Assembly: GCF_000328665.1 (NCBI RefSeq)
Contig: NC_019977.1
Span: 1,488,001-1,510,010 of the forward strand
Origin: Methanomethylovorans hollandica DSM 15978
GTDB taxonomy: Archaea > Halobacteriota > Methanosarcinia > Methanosarcinales > Methanosarcinaceae
Direction of reading: 5' to 3'
Length of the DNA stretch: 22,010 bases
The notes beneath the pieces are model-generated. The model did not search any database. It was not told the origin of the DNA and saw only the letters and a program-made list of their open reading frames with translations. Below, in pieces: positions 6,792 through 16,389 of this stretch. The position numbers and the translations under genes are program-made. Within the stretch, counting starts at the first letter, position 1. Each line of letters opens with the position of its first letter.

Positions 6792-7451
6792 ATGGCAGGA
6801 GACATATTAGAGAAAGGAGCGATCCTACAGAGAGACAAGGAAACATACGCAATAGCACCACAGATACCCGGAGGCATAGTAACTCCCGACCTGTTGCGCA
6901 GGATTGCGGATGTGGCGGAGAAGTACAATGCTGCAGCCATGAAAATGACATCTGCACAGAGAATAGCCATAGTGGGGATCAAGGAAGCTGACCTGGACAA
7001 TATCTGGAAGGACCTGGATATGAAACCTGCAGCAGCCATTGGGTTGTGTGTGAGGAGCATAAAGATCTGTCCTGGCACCACATTCTGTAAGCGCGGACAA
7101 CAGGACGCTGTGGGCCTAGGTTTAAAGCTCGATGAAAAATATCACGGTCTGGTACTCCCTTCCAAGCTTAAGATAGCAGTAGCAGGATGCATGAACTCCT
7201 GTTCAGAACCCGCAGTCAAGGATATAGGTATCCTGGGCACTCCCAAGGGTTACACTATGATGGTCGGAGGCAGTGCTGGTATCAAACCAAGGCTTGCGGA
7301 CATAATTGCTGATGAACTGACCGAGGAAGAGGTACTTGACATGGTTGAGAGGATCATTACCTATTATAAGAGCCATGCCACAAAACACAGGCTTGGCAGG
7401 TTCATCGACGAGATAGGACTGGAAAAGTTTAAGAAGGACATAGGGCTCTGA
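6792..7451 (+). CDS. Small siroheme-[4Fe-4S] sulfite/nitrite reductase-like protein (Dsr-like protein type, 219 aa)
   Basis: CPGTTFC (CX5C) and GCMNSC (CX3C) siroheme/cluster ligands, with an N-terminal ferredoxin-like half domain (APQIPGGIVT...MTSAQRI). ATG 6792 follows AGGTGA and is preferred over TTG 6750. Confidence 0.88.
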   Translation: MAGDILEKGAILQRDKETYAIAPQIPGGIVTPDLLRRIADVAEKYNAAAMKMTSAQRIAIVGIKEADLDNIWKDLDMKPAAAIGLCVRSIKICPGTTFCKRGQQDAVGLGLKLDEKYHGLVLPSKLKIAVAGCMNSCSEPAVKDIGILGTPKGYTMMVGGSAGIKPRLADIIADELTEEEVLDMVERIITYYKSHATKHRLGRFIDEIGLEKFKKDIGL

Positions 7452-7470
7452 GCAGCCCATACACTTTTTT
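7443..7470 (+). terminator. Candidate terminator after the reductase-like gene
   Basis: GGGCT/AGCCC hairpin over the stop codon, followed by T6 at 7465-7470. Confidence 0.5.
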
Positions 7471-7537
7471 AAATTATATCTTTATTCACAGACCGTGCAT
7501 ACATAAAAAATGTGGCTGCTGATAGATATAATATAAT

Positions 7538-7553
7538 GAAAATCTTTAAATAT
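7538..7553 (+). promoter_or_regulatory. BRE + TATA box upstream of hdrE
   Basis: GAAAATC-TTTAAATA is the canonical archaeal arrangement, about 100 nt upstream of ATG 7649. SD AGGAG at 7635-7639. Confidence 0.55.
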
Positions 7554-7648
7554 AATAGATACTACAGTCATGCAACCACAGCGGTTGCTTGAGATTATAT
7601 CAGATTTAACTTTTATAGAATTCACATTAACAGCAGGAGAATGTAAAT

Positions 7649-8440
7649 ATGGAGTATTTTGCAGGTATATCCGATGCATTAAGGGTCACATTTGTGCAGA
7701 TGATGTTACTTTCTATCATTGCATTTGCCATCTTTATTGTAGGAATGTACATCAACTTGAAGAAATGGGGCATGGGCTCCACAGGATATGGTCAGACACC
7801 ATCGAAAAGTATCTGGGCTTTCCCTAAGATGCTCATGTACCAGATGAGTCAGCATGCCCATGTTCATAATCAGTCGGTTCTTGAAACGCTTGTTCTTGAT
7901 ATTCTTTTTCAGAGAAGGATCCTGAGAAGAAGTAAGATCAGATGGTTTATGCACATCACTATTTTTGTTGGCTGGATGGTCCTCTTTGCAATGTCAGGTG
8001 CCATGTTCTTTGTTGAAATGACACATATGATCGGTGAAAAGATTGGATTCGCAGAAGCACTTCCCTGGTTTATGAACCCTGAAGTTTTCAGAGAATTGCT
8101 CGCAGTACCCAATGACATCTTCAGTTACATACTATTCATTGGTGTTGTAATTGCAATATACAGGAGACTGTTTGTTGCAAAGGCCAGAGAAGCCACAATT
8201 GCATACGACTCCGTTCTTCTTATAGGACTTGCCGTTATCACAATTTCAGGTTTCATTGCAGACGGTATAAGGACCGGCAGGTTCTGGGGATTTGGCATAG
8301 ACTATGCATATGCACCTCCGGCTTCATTGTTCCATGTGGTGATATCTCTGCTGTTCTGTATCGCATACATACCCTTCAGTAAATATATTCACATGATAGC
8401 CATCCCGCTTACACTGCTCGCAAATAAAGGAGGAGAATAA
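7649..8440 (+). CDS. hdrE: Methanophenazine-dependent CoB-CoM heterodisulfide reductase, cytochrome b membrane subunit E
   Basis: Multi-TM NarI-like protein with [37 protein letters not shown] and [11 protein letters not shown]...ANKGGE, recognisable as Methanosarcinales HdrE. Directly upstream of hdrD. Confidence 0.95.
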   Translation: MEYFAGISDALRVTFVQMMLLSIIAFAIFIVGMYINLKKWGMGSTGYGQTPSKSIWAFPKMLMYQMSQHAHVHNQSVLETLVLDILFQRRILRRSKIRWFMHITIFVGWMVLFAMSGAMFFVEMTHMIGEKIGFAEALPWFMNPEVFRELLAVPNDIFSYILFIGVVIAIYRRLFVAKAREATIAYDSVLLIGLAVITISGFIADGIRTGRFWGFGIDYAYAPPASLFHVVISLLFCIAYIPFSKYIHMIAIPLTLLANKGGE

Positions 8441-8442
8441 AA

Positions 8443-9690
8443 ATGGTAAAACGTCAGCCTTCTATAAACACTGAGAACTTCACAGCAGTGCAGCTCATGG
8501 AGCTTGATTCATGCAGCAGATGCGGAGAATGTGTCAACTGGTGTCCTACCTACGATGCGTCCGGTCAGAACCCCGGACTTGCACCCAGAGACAAGATTCT
8601 CAGGTGGGGCGAGTTCATGAAGAAGTCCTACGGGCTGCGTGCTAGGCTTTTCGGTCCAAAGCACATCCCGCTGGAAGAGCTTGAAGAGTTCAAGAACGAC
8701 GTATACGGATGTACCACCTGTGGTATGTGTGCCACCGTATGTGAGTCTGCCATAAACACTGTGGAGCTATGGGAATCCATGCGTGCAAACCTTGTTAAGA
8801 GCGGCATAGGTCCCTATGGTAAGCAAAGCATGTTCCTGAAGCTCATTGGAGAATACAAGAACCCCTATATGGCAGACAACAAGGACAGAGTCAACTGGTT
8901 CCCTGCTGATATCAAGGTCGAGGAACAGGCAGAGGTTCTGTACTTCGGCGGATGCACTGCTGAACTTAAGCAAAGGAAACTTGCCCTTGCGACCGCACGT
9001 GTACTCAATAAGCTTGGAATAAAGTTCACAATGCTGGGAGAGAGCGAGATATGCTGCGGTTCCGCACTTATAAGGACAGGACAGTACTTCATCAATGACA
9101 CTGCAAAGATCAATGCACAGAAGAACATAGATAACATTAAAGCAAAGGGTGCAAAAACAGTTCTTTATGCATGTGCGGGCTGCTACAGAGCTTCCCTTAT
9201 TGACTGGCCACGCCTGACCGGCAAAGAGCTGCCATTCAAGGTTGTTCATGTCACTCAGTTCCTTCAGGATCTTATTCAGAAAGGAGAGATCAAGTGGGAG
9301 AAGTCGATTGACAAGAAGGTAACATACCATGACCCATGCCACCTTGGTCGTCACGTAGGTGTCTTCGAGCCTCCAAGAGCAGTTCTTCAAAGCATTCCGG
9401 GCATAGAGTTCATCGAAATGGAAAGGATCGAGGAGAATCAGCGCTGCTGCGGAGCAGGCGGCGGTGTGAAAGCGGGTATTCCTGACCTTGCACTGGGTGT
9501 AGCAAGAACAAGAGTTGAAGATGCACTCGCAACACAGGCCGAACTGTTGTCAAGTGCCTGCCCGTTCTGTAAGAGGAACCTTAGCGACGGACGGGATGCC
9601 CTTGGTGCAAACGAACTTGAAGTTGAAGATGTAGTGGTGCTTGTGGCAGAAGCCATGGGGATCGACCTGAGCGACACTCCCGCAGAGTGA
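8443..9690 (+). CDS. hdrD: CoB-CoM heterodisulfide reductase Fe-S catalytic subunit D
   Basis: Two CxxCxxCxxxC ferredoxin motifs ([24 protein letters not shown]) and two CCG domains (GC...CCG...CAGC; HDPCH...CCGAGGG...CPFC). Confidence 0.96.
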   Translation: MVKRQPSINTENFTAVQLMELDSCSRCGECVNWCPTYDASGQNPGLAPRDKILRWGEFMKKSYGLRARLFGPKHIPLEELEEFKNDVYGCTTCGMCATVCESAINTVELWESMRANLVKSGIGPYGKQSMFLKLIGEYKNPYMADNKDRVNWFPADIKVEEQAEVLYFGGCTAELKQRKLALATARVLNKLGIKFTMLGESEICCGSALIRTGQYFINDTAKINAQKNIDNIKAKGAKTVLYACAGCYRASLIDWPRLTGKELPFKVVHVTQFLQDLIQKGEIKWEKSIDKKVTYHDPCHLGRHVGVFEPPRAVLQSIPGIEFIEMERIEENQRCCGAGGGVKAGIPDLALGVARTRVEDALATQAELLSSACPFCKRNLSDGRDALGANELEVEDVVVLVAEAMGIDLSDTPAE

Positions 9691-9748
9691 AACTCAACGA
9701 TCTCTTTTTTAAGTACATCAGCTGAAAAAAGTGTAACTGAGATGAAAA

Positions 9749-10387
9749 ATGCAGATTCCCTATGAAATTCTGGGAAAAATATTCGTACTGCTGGTCATTG
9801 TCGTTATTGTAGGCATCGGCGTAGCCTTATTGATAGGTGCTTACAGTTTCAGACGCAAAAGGATACTTTTTCCGAATTTCGTACTTTTTATGCTGTACCT
9901 GTTCTATGGTCCGGCCAAGTGGATCTGCAGAAGATTTTCTATTCGCGACACCATTGTCGATGAGATCCTTATAGAACTCCGGAATGCCCTTATGCTGGAG
10001 GATTTCAAAAGATCAAAAGATCGAAAAGTGGTATTCCTGCCCCAGTGTCTGCGCCATCCTGACTGTAAGGCACGATGCGATCCCATTGATGGGTACCAAT
10101 GCAAAAGATGTGGGAAATGCGATATTGGAGCTGTATGTAAAGCTGCTGATAAATACGGTTTTCAGGTTTTTATCATTCCCGGCGGCAGTTTCATAAAAAA
10201 GATACTTAAAGCGTACAGGCCCAAAAGCTGCATCGGTGTGGCCTGCTATCCTGAGCTTTCAGAATCTATGCAAGGAGTTGCTGCCTATATGCCAGTTCAG
10301 GGAGTATGCCTGCTCAAGGATGGCTGTTTCAACACAGAAGCAGATGTGGAAGAAATAATACGAAAAATGGAGGAGTCCTGTGTATAG
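9749..10387 (+). CDS. DUF116 domain protein, membrane-anchored and Cys-rich
   Basis: N-terminal TM, then LPQCLRHPDCKA, CKRCGKCDI, IIPGGS, IGVAC and LLKDGC, the DUF116 pattern. Confidence 0.85.
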   Translation: MQIPYEILGKIFVLLVIVVIVGIGVALLIGAYSFRRKRILFPNFVLFMLYLFYGPAKWICRRFSIRDTIVDEILIELRNALMLEDFKRSKDRKVVFLPQCLRHPDCKARCDPIDGYQCKRCGKCDIGAVCKAADKYGFQVFIIPGGSFIKKILKAYRPKSCIGVACYPELSESMQGVAAYMPVQGVCLLKDGCFNTEADVEEIIRKMEESCV

Positions 10388-10997
10388 TCTCATAGGAGAG
10401 ATAGTTTTTGTCCTTATTATCACTTCGATCATACTTACCGGGCTCGCCCTTCTGGTCAGCCGGATGAGCCTTAGCAGGAATGTCTGGCTCGCAGGTTCGT
10501 TTGCCGGAATCCTTGATTTCTTTTATCTGCCCATCAAGTACTTTTTCTATAAGTTCTCTGATCCCAGGATACTCGATAAATGGATGGTCTCCCTGAAGAA
10601 CATAGCTCACAGGAACGATTTCAAAAGAACGCAGAACCGTATCATCCTGGCACCTCATTGTATGCGTGCCATGGATTGTCCTGCGCATTCCACGGAGAAT
10701 GGTATACAATGTATATCATGCGGAAAATGTGTTTTTGACAGACTTGGCAGAGACGCACAAAAATATGGGTACAGGTTGTTTATAATCACAGGTTCTTCCT
10801 TTGTCAAGCATGTCCTGAAGGACCATAAGATCGATGGTGCTTTGCTTATTGCATGTGACTATGAACTGAATAAAGTGATGATGGCCCTTAAAGGCACAAG
10901 GATAACAACCTATGGTGTCCCTATGCTCAGTGATGGATGTTATGATACACAGGTAGACTACAATGACATTATCCAGGCCTTTGAGGAGTTCAGTTGA
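10380..10997 (+). CDS. DUF116 domain protein, second paralogue
   Basis: GTG start overlapping the previous gene after GGAGGAG. Motifs APHCMRAMDCPA, CISCGKC, IITGSS, LIAC and MLSDGC. Confidence 0.85.
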   Translation: MYSLIGEIVFVLIITSIILTGLALLVSRMSLSRNVWLAGSFAGILDFFYLPIKYFFYKFSDPRILDKWMVSLKNIAHRNDFKRTQNRIILAPHCMRAMDCPAHSTENGIQCISCGKCVFDRLGRDAQKYGYRLFIITGSSFVKHVLKDHKIDGALLIACDYELNKVMMALKGTRITTYGVPMLSDGCYDTQVDYNDIIQAFEEFS

Positions 10998-11167
10998 TCT
11001 GCTCCTGATGCATTATTATGCACAAGGTAATTTCTGGTTGATCTTACACTGATAAACCATCCTAACCGGAGATTATCGGAATAAAATGGTGACTGAGATA
11101 CGTTAATGTCGGCTGAAGATATGATTGAAGATGATCATATATCCTGTAATTGTCAGGAGGTTATTTT

Positions 11168-13996
11168 ATGAAAAGAATATACAAATATTATCCGGAAGAT
11201 TTCGGAGAATTAACTGTTAAAGTTATACACATGGATCTTCTTTTTGATGTGTTCGATGATCATACGAAGGTCACCTCTTATCTCAAATTAAAAACCCTGG
11301 ACCATCCTGTCGATCAGCTTGAACTCAATTGCAGAAAACTGGAGCTCTTGTCCGTAAGCTGCAGGGAATATGATATTGATCATGAGTACAGGCAGGAAGA
11401 AGCTACCCTGTTAATAAGGTTCTTGAAGACAGTACCTGCGAACACAGAGCTCGTCATTGATACCCAGACCATCTGCAGACCTACTAAAAACATACTGGAA
11501 GGTCTCTACTATGATGAAACACCCGCAGGAGCTCCACCACAACAGATCACTCAATGTCAGCAATGGGGATTTCAGAGGATAGTACCATGCATAGATGATA
11601 TGGAAGCAAAATGCACTTACACTACGACCATCATTGCGGATGAGAGATATACCAATCTCATTACCAATGGTGATATCAAAGAAACAAGGCATTCTGTAGG
11701 AAATGGGAGGGACAGGATAGTCTATGACAATTCGGTCACACCGATGGCACCGTATCTCTTTTTCCTGGGCGTGGGCACCTATGACACTTTCAGGAGAGAA
11801 TTTGAGTACCCGGATGGACACACCTTTGAACTGGAACTGCTGGTGCCTCCCGGTTCTGATCCCCTGACAGCCCGCAGAGCTCTTGATGTGCTTTATGATT
11901 CTATAATGTGGGTGCATCTTTTTACCGGCAGCCCTGAGCAATACTCACAGTTTGAAAAACGCAAAGATATCATGGCTATGGCCAGGAAAAGGGACCAGCT
12001 TAAAGACGGGAATGGTGCCAGTGAACAGATCGCAAAGGTAAGAGACGATCTTAAAAAGGCAGTGCAGTCGATAAATACCGGATACATGTACACAGGTACT
12101 GTTTATAGAGAGATCGGCATGCAGAATTCCAATTTCGGTGGTATGGAAAATGTTGGAAACACTACCATTACCACAAATCGCATAATGCCCTTCCCTCAGA
12201 TGACAGACAGTGCTTTTGAGTATATGATGAGGGTCAAGGTCCATGAGTTCTATCACAACCTGAACGGTTCGGAGGTGACCGGGAAAAGTCCTTTTGAACT
12301 ATGGCTTAACGAGGCAGTTACCGTCCATATAGAAAGAGGATACCATGCATATCATTTTGGGGAAACCTATAGCCGTCTTCAGGAAGTACTGGAATTCCTG
12401 GCTCCCGGTTCAGGAACTTTTGCCCTTGACATGGGAGCAGCCTCTATGCCCATCATTCCTCAGGGGTTTAATGACCCTGATGACCTTATCACCTCAGTGA
12501 CTTATGTCAAAGCCCCGGAATTTGTACGCATGGTAGAGACCCTGATGGGCAAAGAAAATTTTGTTAAGGCTCTGAATGTCTATTATTCCAGGTATAAGCA
12601 CTCAAATGCTTCAAGTCAGAACTGGATCGAAGTGATGGAAGAGGTCTCTGGCCAGGAATTCAAAGACATGGCAAAGACCTGGCTGGAACAGATACATTTC
12701 CCGATGGTCCATCTAAATACTTTCTACAATGAAAATGCAAGGACCTTTACATTATTGTTCGAACAGGAAGTTTTGCAAAAAGGGACATTCTGGGAATTCC
12801 CTGTAAGTGTAGCCCTTGTAGACAATGAAGGGAACGATCTTGCCGAAGTTATAGAGCGGATGAAGGGCATGGAGAAAAAGATAGTGATCACTGATGTGGA
12901 GAGACCTGCCTTTTTGTCCCTTAATCGGGGATACTCTTTCTTTGGTAAAGTGGCTTATGGTGTGGATTATGATGAACTGGTCCTGCAGATAAGAAAAGAC
13001 AAAGATCTGATAAACCGGTTCATTGCATTCCACAAGATTGTGGATATGGAAAAAATGGCATTGATAGAGGACACCGTGCGTCTTCCCTCGCAAGAGTTCA
13101 CAGACCTTTATCACGAACTGATCCGGGACTCAGACCTGATGACGCAAGCTGGGGCTCAGTTCCTGACGATCTTTGAATCCGTCGAGGATGAACGGCTGGC
13201 ACACAGATATCAGTTGTTATATGAGATCAAGCAAAAGATCATGAAAGCAATAGCAAGCAGACATGAAGAGTCCTTAGTCTCACTCTATCGGTCTTACAAT
13301 GCAGCAGGATACAAAGACCAGGATTATATAGATGAACAGGTCAGTGCGATCAAGGAACGACAGTTAAAGAACATATGCCTCTCTGTGCTGTCGACCCTCG
13401 ATACTCCTGCAGTACAGTATATTATTAAGGAACAGTTCGAAACAGCCAAAAACGCCACGGATAAATTAAGTGCTTTCAGTCATTATCTTAATAGTTCGGC
13501 ATCTGACAGGATCCAGCTTATGGAGGCTTTCCGCAAAGAAGCAGAAAAACACCCTGTAAGCTGGGAAGCTTTCCTGAAAGTAATAGGAAGTAATAACAGT
13601 GATGATGTATTCGATCTGATAAGACAGGTTAAGCGATGCGAGGCTTTCAGGCTAGAACAGGCAAATGACCAGAGAGCTCTTTACGGCAGTTTCGCATTTA
13701 ACAGGAAGAAATCTCTGCAAACTGAGAAGGGAAGAGAATTGCTCGAAGAGATAGTCCTCGAGCTTGCAGAGGTCAATGAGTATAATACCGTAAATATACT
13801 CAATGTGCTTGCCAATATTGATAAGATGGAAGAGGAATATCATGCCCCTCTGGTGGGAATGATGGTCATTTTCCTGGAAAAGCTCAATGAGGATCGTACT
13901 CCAAGCGTATATAACAGGATCAGGAAAATCCTGCTCAATACTCCGAAGGCTGTGGAAAGATACGAAGCTCTCCACGGAAAAATTGATCTGGGTTAA
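11168..13996 (+). CDS. pepN: M1 family zinc aminopeptidase (aminopeptidase N-like, 942 aa)
   Basis: GGMEN exopeptidase motif, HEFYH-(18)-E zinc motif (…LWLNE), TQCQQWGFQRI and PYLFFL. ATG 11168 follows AGGAGG. Confidence 0.93.
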   Translation: MKRIYKYYPEDFGELTVKVIHMDLLFDVFDDHTKVTSYLKLKTLDHPVDQLELNCRKLELLSVSCREYDIDHEYRQEEATLLIRFLKTVPANTELVIDTQTICRPTKNILEGLYYDETPAGAPPQQITQCQQWGFQRIVPCIDDMEAKCTYTTTIIADERYTNLITNGDIKETRHSVGNGRDRIVYDNSVTPMAPYLFFLGVGTYDTFRREFEYPDGHTFELELLVPPGSDPLTARRALDVLYDSIMWVHLFTGSPEQYSQFEKRKDIMAMARKRDQLKDGNGASEQIAKVRDDLKKAVQSINTGYMYTGTVYREIGMQNSNFGGMENVGNTTITTNRIMPFPQMTDSAFEYMMRVKVHEFYHNLNGSEVTGKSPFELWLNEAVTVHIERGYHAYHFGETYSRLQEVLEFLAPGSGTFALDMGAASMPIIPQGFNDPDDLITSVTYVKAPEFVRMVETLMGKENFVKALNVYYSRYKHSNASSQNWIEVMEEVSGQEFKDMAKTWLEQIHFPMVHLNTFYNENARTFTLLFEQEVLQKGTFWEFPVSVALVDNEGNDLAEVIERMKGMEKKIVITDVERPAFLSLNRGYSFFGKVAYGVDYDELVLQIRKDKDLINRFIAFHKIVDMEKMALIEDTVRLPSQEFTDLYHELIRDSDLMTQAGAQFLTIFESVEDERLAHRYQLLYEIKQKIMKAIASRHEESLVSLYRSYNAAGYKDQDYIDEQVSAIKERQLKNICLSVLSTLDTPAVQYIIKEQFETAKNATDKLSAFSHYLNSSASDRIQLMEAFRKEAEKHPVSWEAFLKVIGSNNSDDVFDLIRQVKRCEAFRLEQANDQRALYGSFAFNRKKSLQTEKGRELLEEIVLELAEVNEYNTVNILNVLANIDKMEEEYHAPLVGMMVIFLEKLNEDRTPSVYNRIRKILLNTPKAVERYEALHGKIDLG

Positions 13997-14156
13997 AACC
14001 TGCGACCTTCAAGTCAAAGCCTGAAAACAAAAAGTAATGGCAGAGCTCTCATTTTTTAATGAAACCTGGCAACTATGGTACTATGTAGATATATAAAGGT
14101 GGAACCTCTTGAATGAGCTCACACCTTTTTAAATAGATAGTGAGATATTATTTGAC

Positions 14157-15035
14157 ATGGATAAGGATCTGGATATGGTGCAAGATCTGGATATAATAAA
14201 AGGTCTGAACATTCGTATAATGAACCGGGAAGAGGTACAGTTTGCAATTGAGATGGCAGCTTCCGAAGGCTGGAATACCGGAATCTATGACGGAGACCTT
14301 TTTTATGAAGCTGATAATAACGGTTTTTTCATAGCAGAGTTTGAAGGCAAGCCAGTAGGCTGTGCATCTGCTGTTGCATATGATGACAAGTTTGGTTTTT
14401 TTGGGCTTTATGTGGTCAAACCTGAATTTCAGAATAAAGGTATAGGAATGAAGCTAACCGAAAAATGCATGGAATATTTGGGAGACAGAAATATCGGACT
14501 TGATGGCGTTGCAGAGAATGAAGAGAAATACCAGCTAGTCATGAAATTCAGATCTTCTTACAGCAACCTGCGTTTTGAAGGCAGGGGCGGAGGACAAATC
14601 CCGGATGGGCTGGTAAAGCTTTCAGAAGTCCCATTTGAAAAGCTCCTTGAATATGACAGGAGAATGTTTCCTGCTCCACGTTCCGGTTTTTTGAAATTAT
14701 GGATAGATCAGCCGGATTCTTATGCCTGCGCAGTCCTTGAAGACGGTGAGCTCAAAGGATATGGTGTGATCAGAAAATGCTGGAAAGGTTATAAAGTCGG
14801 CCCTCTTTTTGCGGATGATAAGGATATAGCAAAAAAAATATTCAAAGCGCTTAGAGCTTCGGCTCCAAAAGAGAACATTTATCTTGACGTGCCGCAGCCC
14901 AACAGAGCAGCAATGGAAATAGCTAAGAAATATAACATGACCGTGATGTTTAAGACTATACGTATGTACAGTCAGAAAGAGCCTGATATAGAGCTTGATA
15001 AGGTGTATGGAGTTACGAGTTTCGAACTTGGGTAA
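14157..15035 (+). CDS. GNAT family N-acetyltransferase with a tandem second GNAT-like domain
   Basis: GLYVVKPEFQNKGIGMKL acetyl-CoA-binding motif, AASEGWN, KVGPLFAD and the C-terminal YGVTSFELG. Exact start uncertain (14157, 14175 or 14220). Confidence 0.88.
   Translation: MDKDLDMVQDLDIIKGLNIRIMNREEVQFAIEMAASEGWNTGIYDGDLFYEADNNGFFIAEFEGKPVGCASAVAYDDKFGFFGLYVVKPEFQNKGIGMKLTEKCMEYLGDRNIGLDGVAENEEKYQLVMKFRSSYSNLRFEGRGGGQIPDGLVKLSEVPFEKLLEYDRRMFPAPRSGFLKLWIDQPDSYACAVLEDGELKGYGVIRKCWKGYKVGPLFADDKDIAKKIFKALRASAPKENIYLDVPQPNRAAMEIAKKYNMTVMFKTIRMYSQKEPDIELDKVYGVTSFELG
14163..14216 (+). repeat. Three imperfect 18-bp units at the GNAT 5' end (KDLDMV/QDLDII/KGLNIR)
   Basis: aaggatctggatatggtg / caagatctggatataata / aaaggtctgaacattcgt. 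Confidence 0.6.
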
Positions 15036-15273
15036 CAGAATAAAAAAAAGAATGAACAGGCAGGTAGGTTGTGACTGCTGGGATCATTTCCCTGTGTCCT
15101 TTTCATCTTATTCCACACTCTCTGATCCTTTTTTGTAGTGTGTTTTATCGATTCTTACTTTTACTTGTATCATCGGTGCATCATCAAAAATACAGGAATT
15201 AAAATCAAAGGGAAAGGTTTATGCTTTTTATCGATAATCTTGTCTATCATAATAGACAAAAGGAGTATTCTAA

Positions 15274-15510
15274 ATGCAAGAGTTCACACTTGAAGAAGTT
15301 GCACGCTACAATGGAAAAAACGGTGAAAAAGCCTATGTCGTATATAATGACAAGGTTTATGACGTTACTGAAAGTGGTTTCTGGTCAGAGGGAGAGCACA
15401 TGGGACTGCATGAATCCGGGAACGATCTGACAAATGAGCTTGAAGCTGAAGCTCCACATGAAACCTCTGCCTTGGATGCATATCCTGTTGTGGGTACAAT
15501 AAAAAAATGA
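15274..15510 (+). CDS. Stand-alone cytochrome b5-like heme/steroid-binding domain protein (78 aa)
   Basis: FTLEEVARYNG...AYVVYNDKVYDVT...HESGNDLT...APH...YPVVG. SD AAGGAG, with BRE/TATA-like GAAAGGTTTAT at about 15212-15222. Confidence 0.9.
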   Translation: MQEFTLEEVARYNGKNGEKAYVVYNDKVYDVTESGFWSEGEHMGLHESGNDLTNELEAEAPHETSALDAYPVVGTIKK

Positions 15511-15552
15511 ATTAATATTTTTTAATATCTTTTACAGCGTCAGATCTCTTAG

Positions 15553-15604
15553 TGTTATCAAAGGGGTTTTACGCTGTTAACATGTGGAAATCTATATATA
15601 AATA
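15553..15604 (+). promoter_or_regulatory. Promoter of the sufC/sufB-like operon with two upstream TGTTAWCA boxes
   Basis: GGAAATC-TATATATAAA at 15586-15602. TGTTATCA (15553-15560) and TGTTAACA (15575-15582) are 22 bp apart. Confidence 0.5.
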
Positions 15605-15642
15605 CCCGGTGGATATAACGTCATTCTGATAGGGGGACCTAC

Positions 15643-16389
15643 ATGCTGGAGATACAGAACCTTTCCGTAGAAATTGGAGGCCGTAGGATACTAAATGGTA
15701 TTAATCTCAATGTTGAGAACGGCTTTAAAAATGTACTCTTTGGGCCGAACGGTGCGGGCAAATCAGCATTGCTGATGACCCTGATGGGATTCTCAGGTTA
15801 CAAAGTGGTGGAAGGAAAGATCATATTCAAAGGTGAGGACATCACAAATATGTCCGTGTACGAACGGGCACAGATGGGACTTGGGATAATGGCCCAGAGA
15901 CCGCCTAATATGAGCGGGGTGAAACTGCGTAGTCTTTTAGGTGTAATATCTAAAAGTGACAGTAAATATGATGAGCTTGCTGAAACACTGGACATGGTGC
16001 GTTTCCTTGACAGGGACATAAATGTAGGTTTCTCAGGCGGGGAGATCAAGAGATCTGAACTTTTGCAGCTTTCAGTGCAGAACCCTGACATGGTGTTGCT
16101 TGATGAGCCAGAATCCGGTGTAGACCTTGTTAGTATCGCGCAACTTGGTATTACTATCAAGGAACTTCTGGGCGGTAAAGGTAAATGCGCAGGAGAAAGA
16201 TGTAAACATGGCAAATCAGCTCTTATCATCACGCATACCGGACAAGTACTGGACTATGTGGAAGCAGATAGAGGGTTTATATTGTGCAATGGCAAAGTGA
16301 TGTGTTCCGGTAACCCGTACGAGATGCTGGAGGATATTAAGTCACAGGGATATGAGGAGTGTATCAAATGCAAGATGAACTATCTCTGA
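15643..16389 (+). CDS. sufC: SufC-like ABC ATPase of Fe-S cluster assembly (SmsC type)
   Basis: Walker A GPNGAGKS, signature GFSGGEIKR, Walker [12 protein letters not shown]-loop IITH, and a Cys-rich C-terminus ending EECIKC. Confidence 0.92.
   Translation: MLEIQNLSVEIGGRRILNGINLNVENGFKNVLFGPNGAGKSALLMTLMGFSGYKVVEGKIIFKGEDITNMSVYERAQMGLGIMAQRPPNMSGVKLRSLLGVISKSDSKYDELAETLDMVRFLDRDINVGFSGGEIKRSELLQLSVQNPDMVLLDEPESGVDLVSIAQLGITIKELLGGKGKCAGERCKHGKSALIITHTGQVLDYVEADRGFILCNGKVMCSGNPYEMLEDIKSQGYEECIKCKMNYL

Noticed and set aside
7641..7646. ATG-TAA start-stop minigene between the hdrE SD and start codon
   Set aside because: The ATG is only 1 nt from the SD, too close for efficient initiation, and is probably chance in AT-rich sequence.
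10385..10387. TAG stop of the first DUF116 gene as a pyrrolysine read-through site
   Set aside because: The domain is complete at this point and the next paralogue starts in a different frame with its own SD.
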